Below, piece after piece: positions 9,526 to 19,684 of a stretch of 64,000 nt of DNA (position 1 is the first letter of the stretch; every line of letters begins with the position of its first letter). A model generated the notes under the pieces. It had not been told where the DNA came from and made no database searches. It saw only the letters and a program-made list of their open reading frames with translations. Position numbers and translations under genes: made by a program. Source of the stretch: an uncultured Candidatus Micrarchaeota archaeon (GTDB lineage: Archaea > Micrarchaeota > Micrarchaeia > Micrarchaeales > Micrarchaeaceae); contig CAVUGN010000009.1 of the NCBI GenBank assembly GCA_963741095.1, forward strand, positions 62,756 to 126,755, written 5' to 3'.

Positions 9526-10249
9526 AATAACAAAGGCGGGCAATCTGTGCAGTTCTGCACGGAATCCAGAACGCGGAGAGAGCATAGCAATAGGGCGATG
9601 CACCCAATCCTTGTTCACGGGGAATGCAAACGAAATTGCACTGCTCTACATAAAGGTGTTCGGGGGCGGGCCATGGTATGAGAAGTACCTGGTCCAAATC
9701 AACGGGAAATGGGAAAGGGTGGGGTCGCCACAAGAGCTTGAACAACTCGAAAGACTGAAGGCAAGCGGCGTTGTCAAAGAGGAGCAGATCAAATCCTACT
9801 ACCAAACGAGCGATGTGCTGGACAACATACGCAGAGTTGCAGAATCGAAAGGATTTGTGGCATCAATCGCATGGTGCAGCGGCAAGATCATAGCCGTATC
9901 GTGGGGCATGTCCGCATCGAGCATCCCTTCCGAAGAGAAAATGGCATGCGTAAAGACGGTGTTGGAAATGCAAAAACTGTCGCCGGATAGAACCACCTAT
10001 TTCGACGAAACCTTTGTTGACCCTGACTACCAGGGCAAGGGGATAGGCAAGGTGTTGGTGAAAATCAGGGGGACATTGGCTGCAAACGAGATGGGGTGTA
10101 CAAACGCGATTGTTCGCACCATCAATCCGATACAGATCAGGGCCCTTTCAAGCGAATTCGGAAAAGATAACGTCAGGCCAGTTTATCAGAACAAAGAGGA
10201 CATCCAGGCGGAAAGAAAGTATTATGTTATTAATCTTTTGAGGGGATAA
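9518..10249 (+). CDS. GNAT acetyltransferase
   Basis: FVDPDYQGKGIGK acetyl-CoA motif. Confidence 0.85.
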   Translation: MVEITKAGNLCSSARNPERGESIAIGRCTQSLFTGNANEIALLYIKVFGGGPWYEKYLVQINGKWERVGSPQELEQLERLKASGVVKEEQIKSYYQTSDVLDNIRRVAESKGFVASIAWCSGKIIAVSWGMSASSIPSEEKMACVKTVLEMQKLSPDRTTYFDETFVDPDYQGKGIGKVLVKIRGTLAANEMGCTNAIVRTINPIQIRALSSEFGKDNVRPVYQNKEDIQAERKYYVINLLRG

Positions 10250-10256
10250 TCTTGGG

Positions 10257-11363
10257 GTGCATTTTTTGGATAGCCAGGTAGCAAAAACATTCTGCGAACT
10301 TGCAGCAATACCTTCGCCTAGCGGGCGCGAATCGGAAGTGGTCCGGTACATACAAAATTATCTCAAGAAGTTGGGTTACGACTCGTACATCGACAACGCT
10401 GGAAAATTCAACAACAGCAACACCGGCAACCTGATTGCCAAGATAGGTAAGGGCAGCCCAAAACTGTGTTTTGTAGCCCACATGGACACGGTCGAGGATG
10501 GAAAATCAAAGGTCAGGCCCGTTGTACGCAGAGGCGTCATAAAGAGCGACGGCAACACGATCCTTGGCGCTGACGACAAATCCAGCGTAGCCTCTTTGCT
10601 TGAAGCGATCAAAGATCTCTCAAAAGAGAAAAATCTGCCCGCCGTGCTGCTGGCATTCACCATACGGGAAGAGGAAGGATCCATGGGTGTCAGATACATG
10701 AACATCGGCAAGATCCCGTTCGTTTTTGATGTTGACGGATCCGACAAGGTCGGCGGATTCATAAATCGGGCGCTCGGTTACCTCAATTTCGAATTGGACA
10801 TATACGGCAAGGAGGCGCACGCGGCAAAGAATCCCGAGAAAGGCCGCAACGCGATCAAGACCGCGGGCCTCCTTGTATCAAAGCTCCAGCTGGGCAGGAT
10901 GCCTGATGGCGGCACGATCAACGTGGGTAGCATCTCGGGAGGCACCTTCCCTAACGTAATCCCTGGGTATTGCAAGTTGGTCGGCGAGGTCAGGGGATTC
11001 AGCGTAAGTGCGATAAACAAAAACTTCGAAAGGGTCAGAAGGACTGCAGAAAGTGCCTGCAAGACAACGCAGTGCAGATACCAACTCAAAAAAATGAACG
11101 AGGTACCCCCATTTTATACTCCGGAGACTGGCAAGATAATCGACCTCTCAAAACGGGCGTGCAGAGCGGCTGGCATAAAGTTCATGGCCACAACGCTTAA
11201 CGCCACCATACAGGGCAACATCCTGGCAGAAAAGGGTTACACTATTTTGGGCATGTGCAAAGGCGGAAAACTTCCACACTCCAAATCGGAAAGCATAACC
11301 ATAAGGGAGCTTGAACAGACGAAGAAGCTGATCATGGCGCTGATAAAGCAGGCCAGGGAATAG
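10257..11363 (+). CDS. M20 family peptidase (peptidase T-like)
   Basis: AHMDTV, GADDK, REEEG, GKEAHA. Confidence 0.92.
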   Translation: MHFLDSQVAKTFCELAAIPSPSGRESEVVRYIQNYLKKLGYDSYIDNAGKFNNSNTGNLIAKIGKGSPKLCFVAHMDTVEDGKSKVRPVVRRGVIKSDGNTILGADDKSSVASLLEAIKDLSKEKNLPAVLLAFTIREEEGSMGVRYMNIGKIPFVFDVDGSDKVGGFINRALGYLNFELDIYGKEAHAAKNPEKGRNAIKTAGLLVSKLQLGRMPDGGTINVGSISGGTFPNVIPGYCKLVGEVRGFSVSAINKNFERVRRTAESACKTTQCRYQLKKMNEVPPFYTPETGKIIDLSKRACRAAGIKFMATTLNATIQGNILAEKGYTILGMCKGGKLPHSKSESITIRELEQTKKLIMALIKQARE

Positions 11364-11418
11364 CCATCAGTGAACTACTTATAGTTATCTGGATTAAAGA
11401 TTATGAAAGTGAACGGCA

Positions 11419-12690
11419 ATGCCTGAGATACCCTTCCCAAGAGGCGTAAGAGACCTGATGCCAAACGAAGCTCTGTTCAGGAACGAGCTGCTCAAGCGCA
11501 TAGAAGAGGTCTTCCAGCGCTTCGGCTTCATGAGCATAGACACGCCCACATTCGAGAGGCTGAGCGTGCTCAACGCGAAGGGCGGCATAGGCGAGGACGC
11601 AAAGCTAATCTTCGAGCTCAAGGACGAGGATCTCGGCCTAAGGTACGACAACACGGTGTCGCTCGCAAGGTACATGAGTATGCACCAGGAGCTGCCGCTG
11701 CCGTTCAAGCGCTATTACATCGGGAAGGACTGGAGGCGGGAGGAGCCGCAGAGGATGCGGTTCAGGGAGTTCACGCAGGCCGACATAGACATCGTCGGGG
11801 GCAAGGAGATACTCACAGATGCGGAGGTCATAGCCGCGGGCGCGATCGCGATCGAGAGCGCGGGCCTGGACTACACTATAGAGATAAACGACCGAAGGCT
11901 TACTGAGAAAGTCTTCGAGAAATTCGGGATAAACGAACTGATGTTCATGGGCGTGCTGCGCGCCATAGACAAGATCGACAAGATGGGCGAGGAGAAGGTC
12001 GCCGAAGCGCTGAAGGGGCTCGGGCTCTCCAACGAGCTCGTCGACCAGATCATCGCATTCATAAACCTGAGGGGCGATGCCGAGGAGAAGCTCACCTATG
12101 CGGACAACCTCCTGGGCAGCAAGGATTACACTGACAAGCTCCGGAAGACGCTGGAGCTATTGAAGCAGTACAACATCCGGGGCGAGGCGCGGATAAATTT
12201 CTCCCTGGTGCGCGGGCTTGACTATTACACGGGCATGGTCTTCGAATACAAACTGGCAAACACCGACCGGAAGGACACAATCTGTGGCGGAGGTCGGTAC
12301 GACACGCTCATAGGCATGTACAGCGGCAAGAACATACCCGCGGTCGGGCTCGCGTTCGGCATAGACCGCATGCTCGAGGCGCTCAAGTTCTCCGATTCGA
12401 CCGCTTACACCTACGCGAAGGTCTTCGTTGCGTTCGTGAACGACGGCAACTACACCTACGCCCTGGGCATCGCGAACCAGCTCCGGGCCAACGGGATACC
12501 CGCTGACATAAACCTGGCTTCGAGAAACCTGTCCAACCAGTTCGCCTACGCTAATTCGCTGAAAGTCAAGTACGCGGTGATAATAGGCGACATGGAGATG
12601 AACTCGGGGAAGGTGAAGCTGCGCAACCTGATAAGCGGCAACGAGCAGACCCTCTCCTTCGAGGACGCGGTTCAAGTTATAAAAGGGTAA
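11419..12690 (+). CDS. hisS: histidyl-tRNA synthetase
   Basis: PRGVRD, LRYD, RFREFTQ, VRGLDYYTG, GGGRYD. Confidence 0.97.
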   Translation: MPEIPFPRGVRDLMPNEALFRNELLKRIEEVFQRFGFMSIDTPTFERLSVLNAKGGIGEDAKLIFELKDEDLGLRYDNTVSLARYMSMHQELPLPFKRYYIGKDWRREEPQRMRFREFTQADIDIVGGKEILTDAEVIAAGAIAIESAGLDYTIEINDRRLTEKVFEKFGINELMFMGVLRAIDKIDKMGEEKVAEALKGLGLSNELVDQIIAFINLRGDAEEKLTYADNLLGSKDYTDKLRKTLELLKQYNIRGEARINFSLVRGLDYYTGMVFEYKLANTDRKDTICGGGRYDTLIGMYSGKNIPAVGLAFGIDRMLEALKFSDSTAYTYAKVFVAFVNDGNYTYALGIANQLRANGIPADINLASRNLSNQFAYANSLKVKYAVIIGDMEMNSGKVKLRNLISGNEQTLSFEDAVQVIKG

Positions 12691-12694
12691 TCTG

Positions 12695-13201
12695 ATGGCA
12701 AAATCTGACGTTGAAATATTGACCGAGGAGAAGATCTCAAAGGGCGGAGTGCTCGCCAAGCTGTACTTCGACATGCAGCACAAGGAGGGCGACAAGCTGC
12801 AGCCATTGCTTGTCGAATTGATAAACGAGCATCTGCTGAAGGAGAAGGGCGTGATATACTGCTACGGTGCAATAGAGGAGCCCATGGAACAGGGCGGCAT
12901 ATCAATCACAAGCGCTGCGCTCACGATGCTTTTCGAGAGCTTCATGCCTCTCGTGAACGTGGCATTCAACTACGCCCCGGCGGGCATAGAGATACTGAAG
13001 CCGAACAAGGAGATGACCTTCAAGATCAGTGATCTGCAGTCGCTGCTCATGGACCTCTCGCAGGTCTCTGTCAACTACTCGAAGTACATAGCCGAGCACG
13101 TGCTGAAGCCCGAGGACATGGTCGGCGTGGACGAAATGCTCACACGAAGGCTGGCGCTCGGGAAGAAACTCATTGAGAAGAAGGATGACAAGAAGGCCTA
13201 A
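12695..13201 (+). CDS. hypothetical protein
   Basis: 168-aa ORF directly after hisS (YAPAGIEILKP). Confidence 0.75.
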   Translation: MAKSDVEILTEEKISKGGVLAKLYFDMQHKEGDKLQPLLVELINEHLLKEKGVIYCYGAIEEPMEQGGISITSAALTMLFESFMPLVNVAFNYAPAGIEILKPNKEMTFKISDLQSLLMDLSQVSVNYSKYIAEHVLKPEDMVGVDEMLTRRLALGKKLIEKKDDKKA

Positions 13202-14628
13202 CCCTTCCTGTACCATACCGTGCCGTACTCCGTGTCATCAAGGCTTATCCCGCTCTTTTCCTTCAGCTCTGCGCGTATCCTGTCAGCGTCTTCGAACTTG
13301 CCCTGCTTCCTGAGGTCCTCCCGCTGTTTTATGAGCTGTTTCGCCTCATCGGTTATCGATTCCTTGTAAGTGTCCTTCTCCAGTATGCCGAGTGTCGAAG
13401 AGAGTTCCAGCACCTTTTTCATCGCATTGTCCTTCACCTCCCTGTCGATGGACACGTGCGTCTCAGCAAAATTCCTCAGCTGGTTTATCGTCTTCATAAG
13501 GATCGACTGTGCAAGCGGGGTGTTGAAGTCGTCGTTCATCGCCTCGATGAAATCTTTATTCAATTCCGCTATCACCCCATCCACAACGACGTCATCGCTG
13601 CCCCTGCTGGATTTCATGTTATAGAACATGCCCAATGCTATGTACATGTAGCTAAGCCGCTTCGCCGCGTCTTTCATCGATGCCTCCGTGTAGTCCACGC
13701 CCTTCCTGTAGTGCGTCGAAATCACGAGAAGCCTGAGCGCCTCCGGATCATAGGACTCGAGCAGCTTTCTTATGGTGATGAAGTTCCTGAGGCTCTTGCT
13801 CATCTTCACGCCCTTCATGTTCATCACGGCGACGTGCATCCAGTATTTCACGAAGGGTTTTTTGCCGAACGCAGCCTCGGCCTGCGCTATCTCGTTGGTG
13901 TGGTGCGGGAATATCAGGTCGGACCCGCCTCCATGCAGGTCGTACTGCGCTCCGAAAACCTCATGGGTCATGGCAGTGTCCTCGATGTGCCATCCCGGCC
14001 TGCCCGAAAGCTCCCTGTCCTTGCCGTCAATCTTTAGTTTTATCTTCCATGAGGGCTCTCCCGGGGTTGCGGCCTTCCACAGGGAGAAGTCATAGACGTT
14101 TATCTTGTCCGGATTCGGCTCTATCCTGTGCTTCTCCAGCTCGTCGAGCTTTACCCCGGACAGCCGGGTGTAATCCTTGAACTTAGCCACGTTGTAATAT
14201 ATGTCGTCGCCTATGGCGTACGCGTAGCCCTTGTCCAGAAGCAGTTGTATGTGGCTTCTTATCGCATCGATGTAGTCGTGCGACCTCAGGTATTCGCTCA
14301 CGCCGCGCTTGACTCCTATCGTATCCATATCATCGAGGAATCGCGCCTCAAAGTGCCTTGCAAGTTCTATCGGTTCCATCTCTACTTCTTTCGCCCTCTT
14401 GATTATCTTATCATCGATATCCGTTATGTTCTGGACGTACCTGACCTCATAACCAAGATGCCTCAGCCACCTGGCGACAACGTCAAAGAATATGTACATG
14501 CACGCGTGGCCCAGATGCGCGTCATCGTAGACCGTCTGCCCGCAGACGAACATGTTAACCTTCTTGCCGGAGATCGGCGTGAACTCCTCTTTTGATCTTG
14601 AAAGGGTGTTGTAGACAAAAAGCGGCAT
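13198..14628 (-). CDS. cysS: cysteinyl-tRNA synthetase
   Basis: HLGH, GRPGWHIE, KMSKS. Confidence 0.97.
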   Translation of the reverse strand: MPLFVYNTLSRSKEEFTPISGKKVNMFVCGQTVYDDAHLGHACMYIFFDVVARWLRHLGYEVRYVQNITDIDDKIIKRAKEVEMEPIELARHFEARFLDDMDTIGVKRGVSEYLRSHDYIDAIRSHIQLLLDKGYAYAIGDDIYYNVAKFKDYTRLSGVKLDELEKHRIEPNPDKINVYDFSLWKAATPGEPSWKIKLKIDGKDRELSGRPGWHIEDTAMTHEVFGAQYDLHGGGSDLIFPHHTNEIAQAEAAFGKKPFVKYWMHVAVMNMKGVKMSKSLRNFITIRKLLESYDPEALRLLVISTHYRKGVDYTEASMKDAAKRLSYMYIALGMFYNMKSSRGSDDVVVDGVIAELNKDFIEAMNDDFNTPLAQSILMKTINQLRNFAETHVSIDREVKDNAMKKVLELSSTLGILEKDTYKESITDEAKQLIKQREDLRKQGKFEDADRIRAELKEKSGISLDDTEYGTVWYRKG

Positions 14629-14632
14629 TTGA

Positions 14633-15718
14633 TCACAGCACGGATTGCGTATGGTAAGATTTGCTTACTTGCTTATTTAGAACCTTCAGTATGCGCTCCT
14701 TCTCGATGCCGTCGGCTTTTGTCGATTTGACTATCTCGGACATTGCCGAAACGACATCGTCGTAGTCCTTCAGGTTTATCGGGTATGGTATGCCGTCCTT
14801 CCCGCCCAGGTTGTAGGAATACATTATCGGATCGCGCTTGTACACCTCGTTGTCGTATATCAGCGACGATATTATCGCCAGAGATCGGAGCGTCTTCCTT
14901 CCTATGCCCTTGATGGACATCAGCTTCTCGTAGCTGTCGAGCTGCAGGTCGTTCGCCGTTTTTAGCAGCTCAACCGCCTTCTTCGAAATGTCCGTGTCGA
15001 TTATCTCATGCCTCTCCGGCAGCACATAGGCTTTCTTCATGTTCTCTATCTCGCGGAAATCCTCGTTCACCAGACGCAGGCTGAGCTGCTTTGCCCCGTC
15101 GTTCTTCCCGAAGGTGAGGTCCATGGTGCTCTCGCTGAAGCCCGAAGCCACGGCTGTGTTGGTCTCCCTGGTTATGTCCTTCGTGTCGACGGTCTTGCCC
15201 GATATCTGGAAGCGCACCGCCATGTTGGATTTGCCGTGCATCCCCTGCTGGATGACCGCCCAGTCCCTGCCTTTTGAGAATAGGAACGCATGATGGTAGA
15301 TGCCGAGATTGTCATAGATCAGCGCGGAATCGATCTTCGCCGCCATCCTGCTGTAATGCGCGAACTCGTCATTGCAGCCGGGTATGGACAGGTGGTCCAC
15401 GCCTTTCATTATCTGCTCGGGGGTCGATGTGCCCTGCTTGCCCTTGCCCCCAGCTATGAAAATATCGGAATTGTAGTTGAGCGCCTCCTTGAGCGCGCCC
15501 ACCACCACGGTGGTCGTGCCGCTGCTGTGCCAATCGTAGCCTATCGCGCAGGCAAGGGCCTGAAACCACATCGGGTCCGTCAGCCTGTCCATCAGCCCCG
15601 ACGTGCCGTACTCGTCGATCATCACGCCCGATATCAGAGCGCCGAGCCTGACCATCCTCGAGAATAGCCATCTGGGTGCCTTGCCCCCGTGGAGCGGCAA
15701 AACAGTCAAGTTCTGCAT
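14633..15718 (-). CDS. DUF763 family protein
   Basis: LPLHGGKAPRWL, DWHSSGTTT, GGKDGIPYP. Confidence 0.92.
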   Translation of the reverse strand: MQNLTVLPLHGGKAPRWLFSRMVRLGALISGVMIDEYGTSGLMDRLTDPMWFQALACAIGYDWHSSGTTTVVVGALKEALNYNSDIFIAGGKGKQGTSTPEQIMKGVDHLSIPGCNDEFAHYSRMAAKIDSALIYDNLGIYHHAFLFSKGRDWAVIQQGMHGKSNMAVRFQISGKTVDTKDITRETNTAVASGFSESTMDLTFGKNDGAKQLSLRLVNEDFREIENMKKAYVLPERHEIIDTDISKKAVELLKTANDLQLDSYEKLMSIKGIGRKTLRSLAIISSLIYDNEVYKRDPIMYSYNLGGKDGIPYPINLKDYDDVVSAMSEIVKSTKADGIEKERILKVLNKQVSKSYHTQSVL

Positions 15719-15724
15719 AAGCGC

Positions 15725-16780
15725 TCACCCTCCATTCATGAAGGTGAGGTTAGTTACGATGCCCAGCTGCTGCACTGGCTTGTCGGAGAGTGCGAAATCC
15801 CCAACGGCTATGAAATTCTGGCGCTGGTTAAGTATCGCAGAGACGATCCTGACCTGCACCACCTTGTTCACGAGCGTCGACAGCGGTATGCTTGCGTTGT
15901 CGAAGGTAGAAGCGGCATAGATCCCAACCGATATGTTGAACGTGTTGTAATGCACCACGATCTTCGGAGTGTTGTTCTCAAGCACCTCGACATAAATGTT
16001 CTGGTTTTCAGGGCTTATTATCCTGAAGTTCAGGAACGGATCCGAGGCGTTGACATAGAACTTGCTTGAGGTCAGATTGCCCGGCGCTATCGAAGTGCCG
16101 CAGTTGTAGGTCGTGGCGAAGAAGGTGCCGTTGTAGTTGCTCCAGGTCCTGTTAAGGTAGCAGCCTTCTGCATCCGCTGCAGTCACGTTCAGCGGTCCGG
16201 GACCCCATCCCACGCCGCTGCTCAGGAACCATCCGGTGTACTGCCCTGAGCCAAAGTCGCCGTTGTAAACGGTCTTGTGCACAGTTATGGGCAACACCGT
16301 CGTCGTGTTGAGCTTGACAAGCGCGCTGCCGCAGTTGCCTCCGGTCGTCGGCGCTGTCCTGAGTGTCATCAGGTAACGTTGCGCGGGCGCAGTGAAGTTC
16401 TTGTACAGGGTAACGCAATCGTACGGAGAACTCTGGTTAATGTACGTTTTGTTGTCAGCGCCTATCACCGTTACGAACTCGCGGCTGCTGTTCCCGCTCG
16501 CGACCCAAAGGCCAAGGATGCTGTTGCTCGCCACATTGCAATCTCCGGTGGCAATGGCGTTGAGCGCGGGCTCTTCAAGCTCGAATCCGTTGCACGGGTA
16601 CGCGTAATTTATCGTTGTGGTGGCATTGAAGACGTTGCTCGGTATGGTTGACGTCGTTGGGATGGATGTCAATACCGTCGTTGACTTCGTATGTGAAAAG
16701 TTGAAACCAGTCTCAAGGTAGCCAACCACGGCCAGCAGCACAATTATTATTATGAAAGCGATTATACCCTTGCTTGCTAT
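15725..16780 (-). CDS. membrane-anchored or secreted surface protein, probable ATA start
   Basis: N-terminal hydrophobic segment; Thr/Asn-rich with many N-x-S/T sequons; GGGTG 5 nt before ATA 16780. Confidence 0.75.
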   Translation of the reverse strand: MASKGIIAFIIIIVLLAVVGYLETGFNFSHTKSTTVLTSIPTTSTIPSNVFNATTTINYAYPCNGFELEEPALNAIATGDCNVASNSILGLWVASGNSSREFVTVIGADNKTYINQSSPYDCVTLYKNFTAPAQRYLMTLRTAPTTGGNCGSALVKLNTTTVLPITVHKTVYNGDFGSGQYTGWFLSSGVGWGPGPLNVTAADAEGCYLNRTWSNYNGTFFATTYNCGTSIAPGNLTSSKFYVNASDPFLNFRIISPENQNIYVEVLENNTPKIVVHYNTFNISVGIYAASTFDNASIPLSTLVNKVVQVRIVSAILNQRQNFIAVGDFALSDKPVQQLGIVTNLTFMNGG

Positions 16781-16883
16781 GATAACACCCGAACGTTAGT
16801 ATTGATTAACATTAGAATAAATATTTATCCCTGCTTATACATACCAAGCACAATGGTGTTATATTGGGTAGCATACCTAGAAA

Positions 16884-17117
16884 ATGGAAGAAAAAAGGAA
16901 GAATGCGCTGGAAGTGGAAGAAGAAGCGAAGAAAACGCTTGAAACGCGCACAGAAGAGGAGAGTCGGAGAGCTCTGATTCTCCTGTCTACTTTCAGCGGA
17001 AGGCTTCGGCCTTCCGCTACAGTAAGATTACAAAATGCAGGCGAAAGCAAGCTCACGGAGCGCAAAGGATCTTCTGTTGGTCCAAAGAGCGTAAAAAGCG
17101 CTTCCACTGGGCGTTAA
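16884..17117 (+). CDS. small hypothetical protein
   Basis: 77-aa ORF in an intergenic gap after an AT-rich promoter-like region. Confidence 0.4.
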   Translation: MEEKRKNALEVEEEAKKTLETRTEEESRRALILLSTFSGRLRPSATVRLQNAGESKLTERKGSSVGPKSVKSASTGR

Positions 17118-17138
17118 TCGCCTTAAACCCCGTGCCTG

Positions 17139-18608
17139 TCACTGCGCTATCTTTGCGAGGAACGGGTAGGTCTCGTACAATCTCTCCTGCTCCAACTGCT
17201 TGTAGAGCATGTAGATTATGCCCACGGTAAGAAGGATTCCCATCCCCGAGCCTATGGCTCCCGATAGCGTGGCCAGCGCAGCGAGCAGCCCTACGAATAT
17301 GCTGCCCAGCGTTGTTAGCGTCGGTATGTACTTGTTGAGAACGTTCTCGACTATCCTTGGGTCCCTCCTGAAGCCCGGTATCTGCCAGCCGTAAGTGCCC
17401 AGCTGCTCAGCGACGTTCTTCGGGCTCTGGCCCGTAAGCTCTATCCAGAACCTGCCGAAAACGACGCACAGCGCCACCAGGACGACCGTGTATATTATGA
17501 CGTGGATCCATTCGGGCACCGGTATCACTCCGCCCCATGGAAGGAAGAGCTGCGTGGTGCTCTGTGCCAGATAGGTTATGTAAGGCCCGTATCCGCCTAT
17601 GCCCCCGTAAGATGCCGAATAGGGCAGCGGGAATGTCGGTGATATGAGGTAAGCAAGCCCGCCCTTGAGCGTCAATGTTGTTGCGCCTGAAGTCGTGGCG
17701 GTCGGCTGGTAGAATGCGATGAACCTCGCCAGGCCCTGCAGCGAGCCCTGCACGCCTGCAAGGAACCTGAACCAGACCGTGAAGCTCAACTCAAGCGAAG
17801 AGGCGAGTATGACCGGCAAGACGCTAACATAAAGGAACGGCAGCGGCAGTCTTCCGCCCATGCCCCTGAACTGCTCGAACGCCAGCGGCAGCTCGACCTT
17901 CATCTCGTATGTGTATATGCTCGCGCAGAAGACCACTATCGCGAAGAAGAGCGGCCCGAAGGCTATCAGCGCGCTTGAGAGCGCGGCTGCGCCGCCGCCC
18001 TGCACCGCCGCTATGGCTTCAGGAAGCAGTATGCTGAAGGTTCCCGCGACTATCGCGTAGGAGACTCCCGCAGCGATGAACATGTTTATCCCCGAAGTGA
18101 CGCCGTACTTGGTCATCATCTCGTCTAGGTAGATTATCGTTATGGCTCCGATCGCGAGCTGCAAAACCACGATGGGTATGCTGGCCGCGTTGCCTATCGG
18201 CACGTAGCCGGTCCAGACGAATATGACTGATTCGACGACCGCAAGGCATATGGCGGCTATCTTCTGCAGGCTTTGGAAGCGCGCTTTCTGCGTCGGGTCG
18301 TTCATGTCGATGTCTATTATGCCCGAACCGGATACCAACTGAAGCACTATGCTCGAGAGCACTATCGGGCCTATTCCAACGGTTATGAGGCTGCCTATCT
18401 TCGATGCGAATATTATGCTGACCAGCTGAAGGAAAGGCTGGTTGACCGCTGCGGGATTCACTCCGATCGCGTAGGTGTTGTACAGCAGGAAATAGATCGC
18501 TATTATCGCGCCAGTCCAGTACATCTTCTCTCTGAGCGAGAGAGGGCTGGCGGGGTCCTTTATCACCGGTATGAATCTCGATATACTGTCAATAAATTCC
18601 AATCCCAT
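17139..18608 (-). CDS. secY: protein translocase subunit SecY
   Basis: GIGPIV, GVTSGINMFIAAG, IPGFRRDPR, GMGILLTVGI. Confidence 0.96.
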   Translation of the reverse strand: MGLEFIDSISRFIPVIKDPASPLSLREKMYWTGAIIAIYFLLYNTYAIGVNPAAVNQPFLQLVSIIFASKIGSLITVGIGPIVLSSIVLQLVSGSGIIDIDMNDPTQKARFQSLQKIAAICLAVVESVIFVWTGYVPIGNAASIPIVVLQLAIGAITIIYLDEMMTKYGVTSGINMFIAAGVSYAIVAGTFSILLPEAIAAVQGGGAAALSSALIAFGPLFFAIVVFCASIYTYEMKVELPLAFEQFRGMGGRLPLPFLYVSVLPVILASSLELSFTVWFRFLAGVQGSLQGLARFIAFYQPTATTSGATTLTLKGGLAYLISPTFPLPYSASYGGIGGYGPYITYLAQSTTQLFLPWGGVIPVPEWIHVIIYTVVLVALCVVFGRFWIELTGQSPKNVAEQLGTYGWQIPGFRRDPRIVENVLNKYIPTLTTLGSIFVGLLAALATLSGAIGSGMGILLTVGIIYMLYKQLEQERLYETYPFLAKIAQ

Positions 18609-18612
18609 AGGC

Positions 18613-19668
18613 TCATCTTCTGTTTACTGCCTTCTTTTCTATAAGTTTAACATTATATCTGTTTGCATTGGTCACCGCGGTCACCTCCACCCGCGAATTC
18701 TTGCCGATCGTGCCCGAAAGAAGGCCATCGAGGAAGGGCATGGCCATGCTCACGAACTCCTCCCTGGCTCTCAGTCTTGCGTAGGATACGCTCCCATTCA
18801 GTGGCCTGAGGCTCGCTATCCTCATCTCGCCGAGGCCGAGCAGCCTCACCACGTTCTCGATGTTGGACTTCGTTATCGGCATGCTGCCCGCAAGCCTGCT
18901 TCCCATTGTCATCATTATCTGTTTTACCTCGCTGGCGTAGTCCTTGTTCATCAGCATCAGCGATGCCAGCAGATAGTACTCCTCGGGCATGTGCGCGCCC
19001 TCGTTGTACTGCCTTTCAATCTCATGCATGTGCCCGCCGATGTAGCCGAAGAACCTCTCGGCGGTCTGCGGGTCTATCCAGCCCGGCGAGTACCTGTCTG
19101 AGGTAACGAACCTGCAGAACTCCGAATCGTTCTCGCTGCAGAGCACCTCGTTGACATGCACCAGCCGCCTTCTCGCCGCGGTCAGGAAGCCTGCCATGGT
19201 GCCAGCCTCGAAAGCGTGCATGTTGGTGCCGAGCTTCATGCCCGTCTTGTGGTGCAGAAGTATCTCGACCCTGCCGGGGAATACCTGGTAGGTCACCCTC
19301 CTGTAGCCCGCCCTTTCCAGGAACGAGACGAGATCGTGCACGCTCTCCTCATACCATTCGTACCTCCTTTTCTTCTCGTAGAGCCGGTAAAGCGCCCTGC
19401 CTATCGACATCCCGTACCTGTAGTTGTGGTCGCGCATGCCCTCCGACAGATTTGACAGCACGGAGCTGAAGAGAGTGGCGCATTCCGCCACGCTGTGCCT
19501 GTGCTCGGTCTCGAGTATGCTATCCAGAAGCACATCCTCATAGCTGAGAATGGGCGCGTGCGACTTCCTGATCTCTCTCGTTGCGAGAGCCTTCCTTTTA
19601 GGCTTTGGCGCCGCGGCCTTCGCCGCCCTCTTGCGCTCCCCGGCCTTTTGCCTCACTCTCGCAGCCAC
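18613..19668 (-). CDS. V4R-domain protein
   Basis: FEAGTMAGFL...EVLCSENDSEFCRF. Confidence 0.75.
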   Translation of the reverse strand: MAARVRQKAGERKRAAKAAAPKPKRKALATREIRKSHAPILSYEDVLLDSILETEHRHSVAECATLFSSVLSNLSEGMRDHNYRYGMSIGRALYRLYEKKRRYEWYEESVHDLVSFLERAGYRRVTYQVFPGRVEILLHHKTGMKLGTNMHAFEAGTMAGFLTAARRRLVHVNEVLCSENDSEFCRFVTSDRYSPGWIDPQTAERFFGYIGGHMHEIERQYNEGAHMPEEYYLLASLMLMNKDYASEVKQIMMTMGSRLAGSMPITKSNIENVVRLLGLGEMRIASLRPLNGSVSYARLRAREEFVSMAMPFLDGLLSGTIGKNSRVEVTAVTNANRYNVKLIEKKAVNRR

Positions 19669-19684
19669 TCATACACCTATGCCA

